This document shows positions 1-8,311 of a stretch of DNA of 16,643 nt, piece after piece (position 1 is the stretch's first letter; every line of letters starts with the position of its first letter). The stretch covers positions 1 to 16,643 of the IMG/VR virus record IMGVR_UViG_2548876934_000006; one strand, 5' to 3'. This DNA comes from a virus. Its lineage: Duplodnaviria; Heunggongvirae; Uroviricota; Caudoviricetes. The position numbers were made by a program, and so were the translations under genes. Below the pieces are notes generated by a model that worked only from the letters and a program-made list of their open reading frames with translations, was not told the DNA's origin and did not search any database.

Positions 1-81
1 TAATTTGTGCCACGCATCATCCCCCTGTTCGACAGCTCTCACGTCGATCCCGGTACGCTGCAGGATAATGTCCGGTGTCAT
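1..81 (-). CDS. exo: lambda-type exonuclease Exo (Red-alpha), 5' end only; gene continues beyond the window start
   Basis: Reverse complement of 1-81 translates [27 protein letters not shown], which I recognise as the lambda Exo N-terminus. The ATG (81..79) overlaps the bet stop TGA (80..78) in an ATGA arrangement, as in lambda. Confidence 0.8.
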
Positions 82-863
82 GCTGCCACCTTCTGCTCAG
101 TGGCTTTCTGTTTCAGGAATCCAAGAGCTTTCACTGCTTCGGCCTGTGTCAGTTCTGACGATGCGCGAATGTCGCGGCGAAATATCTGGGAACAGAGCGG
201 CAATAAGTCGTCATCCCATGTTTTATCCAGGGCGATTAGCAGAGTGTTAATCTCCTGCATGGTTTCATCGTTAACCGGAGTGATGTCGCGTTCCGGCTGG
301 CGTTCTGCAGTGTATGCAGTATTTTCGACAATGCGCTCGGCTTCATCCTTGTCATAGATACCAGCAAATCCGAAGGCCAGACGGGCACACTGAATCATAG
401 CTTTATGCCGTAACATCCGTTTAGGATGCGACTGCCACGGCCCCGTGATTTCTCTGCCTTCGCGGGTTTTGAATGGTTCGCGGCGGCATTCATCCATCCA
501 TTCGGTAACGCAGATCGGATGATTACGGTCCTTGCGGTAAATCCGGCATGTACAGGATTCATTGTCCTGCTCAAAGTCCATGCCATCAAACTGCTGGTTT
601 TCATTGATGATGCGGGACCAGCCATCAACGCCCACCACCGGAACGATGCCGTTCTGCTTATCAGGGAAGGCGTAAATTTCTTTCGTCCACGGATTAAGGC
701 CGTACTGGTTGGCGACGATCAACAATGCGATGAACTGCGCATCGCTGGCATCGCCTTTAAATGCCGTCTGGCGAAGAGTGGTGATCAGTTCCTGTGGGTC
801 GACAGAATCCATGCCGACACGTTCAGCCAGCTTCCCTGCCAGCGTTGCGAGTGCTGTACTCAT
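78..863 (-). CDS. bet: single-strand annealing recombinase Bet (Red-beta), 261 aa
   Basis: ORF translation [64 protein letters not shown]... matches lambda Bet over its full length as far as I can recall it. Confidence 0.95.
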
Positions 864-868
864 CCGTT

Positions 869-1285
869 TTATACCTCTGAATCAATATCAACCTGATGGT
901 GAGCAATGGTTTCAACCATGTACCGGATGTGTTCTGCCATGCGCTCCTGAAACTCAACATCGTCATCAAACGCACGGGTAATGGCTTTTTTGCTGGCCCC
1001 GTGGCGTTGCAAATGACCGATGCATAGCGATTCAAACAGGTGCTGGGGCAGGCCTTTTTCCATGTCGTCTGCCAGTTCTGCCTCTTTCTCTTCACGGGCT
1101 ATCTGCTGGTAGTGACGCGCCCAGCTCTGAGCCTCAAGACGATCCTGAATGTAATAAGCGTTCATGGCCGAACTCCTGAAATAGCTGTGAAAATATCGCC
1201 CGCGAAATGCCGGGCTGATTAGGAAAACAGGAAAGGGGGTTAGTGAATGCTTTTGCTTGATCTCAGTTTCAGTATTAATATCCAT
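869..1285 (-). CDS. gam: Gam, RecBCD inhibitor (138-aa long form; shorter form would start at the internal MNAYYIQ Met)
   Basis: Translation [79 protein letters not shown]... matches lambda Gam. Position between kil and bet is conserved. Confidence 0.9.
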   Translation of the reverse strand: MDINTETEIKQKHSLTPFPVFLISPAFRGRYFHSYFRSSAMNAYYIQDRLEAQSWARHYQQIAREEKEAELADDMEKGLPQHLFESLCIGHLQRHGASKKAITRAFDDDVEFQERMAEHIRYMVETIAHHQVDIDSEV

Positions 1286-1383
1286 TTTTTATAAGCGTCG
1301 ACGGCCTCACGAAACATCTTTTCATCGCCAATAAAAGTGGCGATAGTGAATTTAGTCTGGATAGCCATAATTGTTTGATCCAT
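1240..1383 (-). CDS. kil: Kil (FtsZ inhibitor), 47 aa
   Basis: Internal start of the 89-aa ORF gives [47 protein letters not shown], matching lambda Kil. ATG at 1383..1381. Overlaps the cIII 3' end and gam 5' end as in lambda. Confidence 0.8.
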   Translation of the reverse strand: MDQTIMAIQTKFTIATFIGDEKMFREAVDAYKKWILILKLRSSKSIH

Positions 1384-1516
1384 TTTTTGGGACTCCTGGC
1401 TGATTAAGTATGTCGATAAGGCGTTTCCATCCGTCACGTAATTTACGGGTGATTCGTTCAAGTAAAGATTCGGAAGGGCAGCCAGCAACAGGCCACCCTG
1501 CAATGGCATATTGCAT
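1352..1516 (-). CDS. cIII: cIII (FtsH/HflB protease inhibitor), 54 aa; absent from the ORF track because of its size
   Basis: Reverse complement from 1516 reads ATGCAATATGCCATTGCAGGGTGGCCTGTTGCTGGCTGCCC..., translating [54 protein letters not shown], then stop (TAA, 1354..1352). A GGAG Shine-Dalgarno sits just upstream on the minus strand. Confidence 0.85.
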   Translation of the reverse strand: MQYAIAGWPVAGCPSESLLERITRKLRDGWKRLIDILNQPGVPKNGSNNYGYPD

Positions 1517-1588
1517 GGTGTGCTCCTTATTTATACATAACGAAAAACGCCTCGAGTGAAGCGTAATTGGTATGCGGTAACGCCGCGC

Positions 1589-1957
1589 TCAGGCGGCCTT
1601 GATAGTCATATCATCTGAATCAAATATTCCTGATGTATCGATATCGGTAATTCTTATTCCTTCACTACCATCCATTGGAGGCCATCCTTCCTGACCATTT
1701 CCATCATTCCAGTCGAACTCACACACAACACCATATGCATTTAAGTCGCTTGAAATTGCTATAAGCAGAGCATGTTGCGCCAGCATGATTAATACAGCAT
1801 TTAATACAGAGCCGTGTTTATTGAGTCGGTATTCAGAGTCTGACCAGAAATTATTAATCTGGTGAAGTTTTTCCTCTGTCATTACGTCATGGTCGATTTC
1901 AATTTCTATTGATGCTTTCCAGTCGTAATCAATGATGTATTTTTTGATGTTTGACAT
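1589..1957 (-). CDS. ea10: Ea10-like early protein (lambda ea10/ssb region), 122 aa
   Basis: Translation MSNIKKYIIDYDWKASIEIEIDHDVMTEEKLHQINNFWSDSEYRLNKHGSVLNAVLIMLAQHALL... is recognisable as lambda Ea10. Sits between cIII and the N-proximal region as in lambda. Confidence 0.75.
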   Translation of the reverse strand: MSNIKKYIIDYDWKASIEIEIDHDVMTEEKLHQINNFWSDSEYRLNKHGSVLNAVLIMLAQHALLIAISSDLNAYGVVCEFDWNDGNGQEGWPPMDGSEGIRITDIDTSGIFDSDDMTIKAA

Positions 1958-1976
1958 CTGTTCATATCCTCACAGA

Positions 1977-2003
1977 TAAAAAATCGCCCTCATCTTGGAG
2001 GGC
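1977..2003 (-). terminator. candidate intrinsic terminator on the leftward transcript (tL-like), between the 293-aa gene and ea10
   Basis: Minus-strand reading gives stem GCCCTC, loop CAAGAT, stem GAGGGC, followed by GATTTTTT (plus-strand coordinates 1986-1991 and 1998-2003, T-run from 1977-1985). Six-bp GC-rich stem plus U-tract; would be read through under N antitermination. Confidence 0.45.
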
Positions 2004-2145
2004 AAAGAAGATTTCCAATAATCAGAACAAGTCGGCTCCTGTTTAGTTACGAGCGACATTGCTCCGTGTATTCACTCGTTGGAATGAATACACAGCGCTG
2101 TGTTTATTCTGTTGTTTGCGTGAAAATGAAATCCGCCTGAGCGGG

Positions 2146-3027
2146 TTATGACCACTTTTTGTTTGGGTTTCGTTGGTGAGCGTGGTTTACAGGATTATTT
2201 GATATACCCCATAACTCTGACTCGCTTATCTCTACACGAGAGAAAGACCTGCTTTCTTTCAGTTCTTTTATAAACCTAGAACCTAAGATGACATCTATTG
2301 TACCAGAAAGTTCTTGTAAAAGATCTATGTTTTTTCTGAGGAAGAAAATATCTTCTTTATATTTAATTTTTACATAGAATTTATTCTGTATTTTTAATAT
2401 ATCAAAGCATGGCAGATATCTATATCCCTCATATTTTCGCCACTGCTTAACAATTATAACATCTTTTTCATTTACTGCATTAATCAGCCCAAGACCAAGT
2501 ACAGGTATGAATATTCTATTGTCTGCCGAAAGCGTACAATTATCACCACCAGGCAAATATGTATAAATCATGTCGGAATTTTTATACGCATCAACGAATG
2601 CACGTAAGAAGCGTACATATTTTTGCCATCCGTTTATACCGAATTTACCATATAAGTATTCTTTATTTGTTAGAAGAAAACTATTTGTATCAGGATCCTT
2701 ATCTACAGACCTGTCGATAAGATCTCCAACTACGTTTACAAAGTCAAAGACAGAGTTTAATAAGAACAATTGTCTTTCAGTAGGGCGAATTTCAATTATG
2801 TAGCCAGGATGAAGACGATATTGCATCTGCTTACGAAGTATACCGAACGCTTGGGTCCGAGCATCTGAAAGCAACTTCTTGTCGCCATCGCCGTGAGCAT
2901 TGTTTCTAATAAAACTGATATAATTTGCTAATTTTTCAGCCTCTTTTTTGTGTTTTTTTCGCTCTGATGCTGAGTCTATTGGTTTTGGTATGGACTTGTA
3001 ATCAATCTTCTTCATTACGTACCTCAT
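2146..3027 (-). CDS. hypothetical protein, 293 aa, AT-rich moron in the slot where lambda has sieB/ral; candidate superinfection-exclusion or abortive-infection factor
   Basis: Long ORF with ATG at 3027..3025 overlapping the N stop (TGA 3026..3024), suggesting translational coupling to N. Base composition is visibly more AT-rich than the flanking lambda-like genes. No ral-like ORF is present anywhere in 1958-3027. I recognise no protein family; no clear transmembrane segment. Confidence 0.7.
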   Translation of the reverse strand: MRYVMKKIDYKSIPKPIDSASERKKHKKEAEKLANYISFIRNNAHGDGDKKLLSDARTQAFGILRKQMQYRLHPGYIIEIRPTERQLFLLNSVFDFVNVVGDLIDRSVDKDPDTNSFLLTNKEYLYGKFGINGWQKYVRFLRAFVDAYKNSDMIYTYLPGGDNCTLSADNRIFIPVLGLGLINAVNEKDVIIVKQWRKYEGYRYLPCFDILKIQNKFYVKIKYKEDIFFLRKNIDLLQELSGTIDVILGSRFIKELKESRSFSRVEISESELWGISNNPVNHAHQRNPNKKWS

Positions 3028-3347
3028 GCCAATGGAATGGATTCCCCTTTAACCTTTTGTCTTCCTTGACAAGTTATACCGAACTCACCTGGCTTGCTAT
3101 ACCAAACTCGATGATTCTTGCGCTCAATACGTTGCAGGTTGCTTTCAATCTGTTCGTGGTATTCAGCCAGCACCGTAAGGTCTATCGGATTCAGTGCGCT
3201 TTCTACTCGTGATTTCGGTTTGCGATTCAGCGAGAGAATAGGGCGGTTAACTGGTTTAGCGCTTACCCCAACCAACAGGGGATTTGCTGCTTTCCATTGA
3301 GCCTGTTTCTCTGCGCGACGTTCGCGGCGGCGTGTTTGTGCATCCAT
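3024..3347 (-). CDS. N: antitermination protein N, 107 aa
   Basis: Internal start of the 151-aa ORF gives MDAQTRRRERRAEKQAQWKAANPLLVGVSAKPVNRPILSLNRKPKSRVESALNPIDLTVLAEYH..., matching lambda N including the N-terminal arginine-rich motif. ATG at 3347..3345; the leader is nearly identical to the lambda pL leader. Confidence 0.9.
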   Translation of the reverse strand: MDAQTRRRERRAEKQAQWKAANPLLVGVSAKPVNRPILSLNRKPKSRVESALNPIDLTVLAEYHEQIESNLQRIERKNHRVWYSKPGEFGITCQGRQKVKGESIPLA

Positions 3348-3504
3348 CTGGATTCTCCTGTCAGTTAGCTTTGGTTGTGTGTGGGAGTCGTAGTCCTGAA
3401 CGAAAACACCCCGCAATGGCACATTGGCAGCTAATCCGGATTCGCACTTCCGGCCAATGCTTCGTTTCGTATCACACACACCAAAGCCTTCTGCTTTGAA
3501 TGCT

Positions 3505-3535
3505 GCCCTTCTTCAGGGCTTAATTTTTAAGAGCC
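3505..3535 (-). promoter_or_regulatory. nutL: nutL (boxA plus boxB) N-utilisation site
   Basis: Minus strand reads GGCTCTTAAAAATTAAGCCCTGAAGAAGGGC: a boxA-like GCTCTTA followed by the boxB hairpin GCCCTGAAGAAGGGC, the lambda nutL boxB as I remember it (plus coordinates 3505-3519). Confidence 0.8.
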
Positions 3536-3575
3536 TCACCTTCAATGGTGGTCAGTGCGTCCTGCTGATGGCTTA

Positions 3576-3648
3576 AAATTACAAGGAAGATTGTATGTTG
3601 TAAACAAGAAATATTGTAAAAAGGGGCGTGAAAAACAAACTCCATTGT
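3576..3648 (-). promoter_or_regulatory. pL promoter with three 434-type OL operators
   Basis: Three 14-bp ACAA-N6-TTGT sites: ACAAGGAAGATTGT (3581-3594), ACAAGAAATATTGT (3604-3617), ACAAACTCCATTGT (3635-3648). On the minus strand a -35 TTTACA (plus 3599-3604), 17-nt spacer and -10 TAATTT (plus 3576-3581) precede the lambda-like start ATCAGCAGG (about 3569). Confidence 0.6.
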
Positions 3649-3698
3649 TTTTAAACGGAAAATAGTTTGTTTTTTTGTTATCGAGATTGAGGTGGGGA

Positions 3699-5051
<1,353 letters not shown>

Positions 5052-5059
5052 GACATTCC

Positions 5060-5091
5060 CGCTCTTACACATCCCAGCCCTGAAAAAGGGC
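5060..5091 (+). promoter_or_regulatory. nutR: nutR (boxA CGCTCTTA plus boxB GCCCTGAAAAAGGGC)
   Basis: CGCTCTTA at 5060-5067 and the hairpin GCCCTGAAAAAGGGC at 5077-5091, the lambda nutR arrangement; followed by the tR1-like AT-rich region before cII. Confidence 0.8.
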
Positions 5092-5170
5092 ATCAAAATA
5101 AACCACACCTATGGTGTATGCATTTATTTGCATACATTCAATCAATTGTTATCTAAGGAAATACTTACAT

Positions 5171-5464
5171 ATGGTTCGTGCAAACAAACGCAACGAGGCT
5201 CTACGAATCGAGAGTGCGTTGCTTAACAAAATCGCAATGCTTGGAACTGAGAAGACAGCGGAAGCTGTGGGAGTTGATAAGTCGCAGATCAGCAGGTGGA
5301 AGAGGGATTGGATTCCAAAGTTCTCAATGCTGCTTGCTGTTCTTGAATGGGGTGTCGTCGACGACGACATGGCTCGATTGGCACGACAAGTTGCTTCGAT
5401 TCTCACCAATAAAAAACGCCCGGCGGCAACCGAGCGTTCTGAACAAATCCAGATGGAATTCTGA
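5171..5464 (+). CDS. cII: cII transcriptional activator, 97 aa
   Basis: From the ATG at 5171: [97 protein letters not shown], matching lambda CII. Shine-Dalgarno TAAGGAAAT upstream. Confidence 0.9.
   Translation: MVRANKRNEALRIESALLNKIAMLGTEKTAEAVGVDKSQISRWKRDWIPKFSMLLAVLEWGVVDDDMARLARQVASILTNKKRPAATERSEQIQMEF
5180..5193 (-). promoter_or_regulatory. pRE -35 region with CII-binding TTGC-N6-TTGC repeat (leftward promoter inside the cII 5' end)
   Basis: Minus strand reads TTGCGTTTGTTTGC (plus 5180-5193, GCAAACAAACGCAA), the CII recognition repeat overlapping the cII start as in lambda. Confidence 0.5.
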
Positions 5465-5496
5465 GGTTATTACTGGAACTATCAACAGGAGTCATT

Positions 5497-6153
5497 ATGA
5501 CAAATACAGCAAAAATACTCAACTTCGGCAGAGGTAACTTTGCCGGACAGGAGCGTAATGTGGCAGATCTCGATGATGGTTACGCCAGACTATCAAATAT
5601 GCTGCTTGAGGCTTATTCAGGCGCAGATCTGACCAAGCGACAGTTTAAAGTGCTGCTTGCCATTCTGCGTAGAACCTATGGGTGGAATAAACCAATGGAC
5701 AGAATCACCGATTCTCAACTTAGCGAGATTACAAAGTTACCTGTCAAACGGTGCAATGAAGCCAAGTTAGAACTCGTCAGAATGAATATTATCAAGCAGC
5801 AAGGCGGCATGTTTGGACCAAATAAAAACATCTCAGAATGGTGTATCCCTCAAAACGAGGGAAAATCCCCTAAAACGAGGGATAAAACATCCCTCAAATT
5901 GGGGGATTGCTATCCTTGTGATAAATACGAGTTTGGAAAGCCAGTTGATCATCAGCAGGTAATCTGGAACCGCGAACGAATCAGCAACTCACAAGACGGG
6001 ATCGTGAAAGAAATCAAAGGCGCGGACACGTTCATCTTTGGTCATACGCCAGCAGTGAAACCACTCAAATTTGCCAACCAGATGTATATCGATACTGGCG
6101 CAGTGTTCTGCGGAAACCTCACATTGATTCAGGTACAGGGAGAAGGCGCATGA
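5497..6153 (+). pseudogene. in-frame fusion: replication initiator O N-terminal about 139 codons joined to the C-terminal about 79 codons of the nin-region Ser/Thr protein phosphatase; deletion scar that removed O 3' end, P, ren and most nin genes
   Basis: N-terminal part [136 protein letters not shown] matches lambda O. C-terminal part [76 protein letters not shown] matches the lambda phosphatase C-terminus as I recall it. The stop overlaps the Q start (ATGA at 6150-6153), the normal phosphatase/Q arrangement. Confidence 0.8.
5846..5915 (+). repeat. ori-lambda iterons (three intact copies plus a truncated fourth) inside the O remnant
   Basis: TCCCTCAAAACGAGGGA (5846-5862), TCCCCTAAAACGAGGGA (5866-5882), ATCCCTCAAATTGGGGGA (5889-5906), then TTGCTATCC (5907-5915), where the lambda fourth iteron would continue CTCAAAACAGGGGGA. 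The lambda AT-rich ori segment is absent. Confidence 0.75.
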
Positions 6154-6773
6154 GACTCGAAAGCATAGCTAAATTTCATTCGCCAAAAAGCCCGATGATG
6201 AGCGACTCACCACGGGCCACGGCTTCTGACTCTCTTTCCGGTACTGATGTGATGGCTGCTATGGGGATGGCGCAATCACAAGCCGGATTCGGAATGGCTG
6301 TATTCTGTGGTAAGCACGAACTCAGCCAGAACGACAAACAAAAGGCTATCAACTATCTGATGCAATTTGCACACAAGGTATCGGGGAAATACCGTGGCGT
6401 GGCAAAGCTTGAAGGAAATACTAAGGCAAAGGTACTGCAAGTGCTCGCAACATTCGCTTATGCGGATTATTGCCGTAGTGCCGCTACGCCGGGCGCAAGA
6501 TGCAGAGATTGCCACGGTACAGGCCGTGCGGTTGATATAGCCAAAACAGAGCTGTGGGGGAGAGTTGCTGAGAAAGAGTGCGGAAGATGTAAAGGCGTCG
6601 GTTATTCAAGAATGCCAGCAAGCGCCGCATATCGCGCTGTGACGATGCTAATCCCAAACCTTACCCAACCCACCTGGTCACGCACTGTTAAGCCGCTGTA
6701 TGACGCTCTGGTTGTGCAATGCCACAAGGAAGAGTCAATCGCAGACAACATTTTGAATGCGATCACACGTTAG
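6150..6773 (+). CDS. Q: late gene antiterminator Q (lambda-type), 207 aa
   Basis: Translation [98 protein letters not shown]... with the CRDCHGTG and CGRCKG zinc-binding cysteines, matching lambda Q. Confidence 0.9.
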   Translation: MRLESIAKFHSPKSPMMSDSPRATASDSLSGTDVMAAMGMAQSQAGFGMAVFCGKHELSQNDKQKAINYLMQFAHKVSGKYRGVAKLEGNTKAKVLQVLATFAYADYCRSAATPGARCRDCHGTGRAVDIAKTELWGRVAEKECGRCKGVGYSRMPASAAYRAVTMLIPNLTQPTWSRTVKPLYDALVVQCHKEESIADNILNAITR

Positions 6774-6815
6774 CGCCATGATTGCCACGGATGGCAACAT
6801 ATTAACGGCATAATA

Positions 6816-6850
6816 TTGACTTTTTGAATAACTTTGGGGAAACTTGACAC
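6816..6850 (+). promoter_or_regulatory. late promoter pR' with overlapping qut region
   Basis: TTGACT (6816-6821), 17-nt spacer TTTTGAATAACTTTGGG, then GAAACT (6839-6844), followed by TTGACACCAATAATGGGC. Layout parallels my recollection of lambda pR' (TTGACT, 17 nt, TAAATT). Lies about 45 bp downstream of the Q stop. Confidence 0.6.
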
Positions 6851-7052
6851 CAATAATGGGCGTTTTTTACATGTCATTGATGAGTCTCAATAACCTGCCG
6901 CCGAGTAGTTTTTATGCCCTGAGTTGTACTTGTACGGTAAACATGCTGGCTGCTATGTAATAGAGTTTTTTTAGCCTGTAACCTCTTGACGGCATTGAAT
7001 TGCTTTTGTTATGAGTTGTAAGCCAATGTTATCATCTTGTATTGGGGTGGTT

Positions 7053-7769
7053 ATGAAGGATGGTGCGCTGCTCAGGAGTTCTTCACTTTTTATTGCCTAC
7101 ATGGGATGCCTTGGATGGGGGAGTGCTTATTTCTATGGATGGGGTACTTCTTTTTACTACGGCTTCCCATGGTGGATTGTAGGTGCAGGTGTTGATGATG
7201 TTGCCAGAAGTTTATTTTTTGCAGTTATCGTCATTGCTATATTTCTTATCGGTTGGGGTATTGGTGTTGTATTCTTTTTCGCAGTGAAAAGAAAACATTC
7301 TATGCAAGAGCTAAATGTATTTCGCCTTTATTTTGCTGTGGAATTATTGTTTGTGCCGGCAATTATTGAGTTTTCTATATTGAGACAGAAGATTCAGGTA
7401 CCTCTTTTGCTACTGTCAGCAGCGATTGCGCTGGCGGTTACAATTTCGATAAGATCTTATGGGCGATTTTTATCGGTATCATGCTTCTATGATAAGCCAT
7501 TTATAAAAAAACATTTTTTTGAGATTGTGATGATTGCTTTTGTGGCATATTTTTGGCTTTTTTCATTTCTGACAGGATATTACAAACCACAGTTTAAGAA
7601 AGAATATGAAATGATTAATTATAATGATGGTTGGTATTATGTTCTTGCTCGTTATGATAATTGTCTGGTTTTGTCTACTTCTTTCAATGCAGGTAGTAAA
7701 AGGTTTGTCATTTATCAATCAGCACAAGATAAGAATCTTCAGGTTGATATTGTAAGGACCAGAATTTAA
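7053..7769 (+). CDS. hypothetical polytopic inner-membrane protein (about 5 predicted TM helices plus a roughly 60-aa hydrophilic C-terminal domain); AT-rich moron in the post-Q slot
   Basis: Long ORF; preferred start ATG 7053 (MKDGALLRSS...) preceded by GGGG at 7044-7047; alternative ATG at 7011. Hydrophobic stretches such as SLFFAVIVIAIFLIGWGIGVVFFFAV, VFRLYFAVELLFVPAIIEFSIL, VPLLLLSAAIALAVTISI and FFEIVMIAFVAYFWLFSFLTGYY. AT-rich relative to Q. I recognise no family. Confidence 0.6.
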   Translation: MKDGALLRSSSLFIAYMGCLGWGSAYFYGWGTSFYYGFPWWIVGAGVDDVARSLFFAVIVIAIFLIGWGIGVVFFFAVKRKHSMQELNVFRLYFAVELLFVPAIIEFSILRQKIQVPLLLLSAAIALAVTISIRSYGRFLSVSCFYDKPFIKKHFFEIVMIAFVAYFWLFSFLTGYYKPQFKKEYEMINYNDGWYYVLARYDNCLVLSTSFNAGSKRFVIYQSAQDKNLQVDIVRTRI

Positions 7770-8198
7770 TTGGCTGCATAAATAATATTTTAAGTTGCAA
7801 GTTGGCTATTCGTAGGAATAGAACCTTAGGCATGCTGAATGCGTTTTCTGAACATTGTTTTATAAACTGTGTCTGCTTGCTGTTGTGATCCTGCTTTTAG
7901 TGATGGTGATGATGGATTTCACCAGCAGGATAATGTTGGTACTGACTGATGGCGCTCTGGTCTGCGGCATTGTGGTATTGCTGTGGCCGATGATGAAAGA
8001 ACAGAATGAATAATTCTTGACTTTTTTGTTTACTGTTTATTAAAAAATCAACCGCATGGTGAATCCTCCTTGGAGGGGCTAAATGATCGAGTTTTAAGGG
8101 CACGTAGCGAGTTCTGTTTGATCATTGCAGAACTTAGCGGGAGGCGCCATGCGTACATCACTAGTGTTATTCCTTTTATCATTTTCCTTGTGAGTTCT

Positions 8199-8225
8199 GG
8201 CTGCGCATTGCGCAGCCTTTTTTTT
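8199..8225 (+). terminator. strong intrinsic terminator (perfect 9-bp palindrome plus T8)
   Basis: GGCTGCGCA-T-TGCGCAGCC (8199-8217) followed by TTTTTTTT (8218-8225). Lies upstream of the esterase gene and downstream of a 14-codon mini-ORF. Confidence 0.7.
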
Positions 8226-8311
8226 ATGACCTGCCACTGGCAGATGGTCATCCAGTGATTTGATTCCGCTTCCGGCTTTTTAACTCTGTTCCTCTACACG
8301 GGAGAAATTCG

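Noticed and set aside
395-896. Plus- and minus-strand ORFs (77 and 156 aa) inside bet
   Set aside because: They lie antisense to or out of frame within a gene whose product matches lambda Bet end to end; no independent support.
1517-1588. Possible hairpin or terminator between ea10 and cIII (around ACGCCTCGAGTGAAGCGT)
   Set aside because: Stem pairing is imperfect and I could not define a clean stem plus U-tract; may be a cIII translational control structure but not supportable by eye.
2570-2803. 77-aa plus-strand ORF inside the 293-aa gene
   Set aside because: Antisense to the long ORF in an AT-rich region where spurious ORFs are common; no start context.
3118-3499. Plus-strand ORFs of 60 and 71 aa overlapping N and its leader
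   Set aside because: Antisense to N and to the nutL/pL leader, which are strongly supported.
7897-8103. 68-aa minus-strand ORF ending in a poly-His run
   Set aside because: The His run comes from a GTG/ATG-rich tract read on the opposite strand; no start context; probably artefactual.
6860-8310. tRNA genes, which Stx-type phages often carry between Q and the cargo
   Set aside because: I found no T-loop (GTTCGA/GTTCAA-type) or clover-leaf candidates by eye; a tRNAscan-type search would be needed to exclude them formally.
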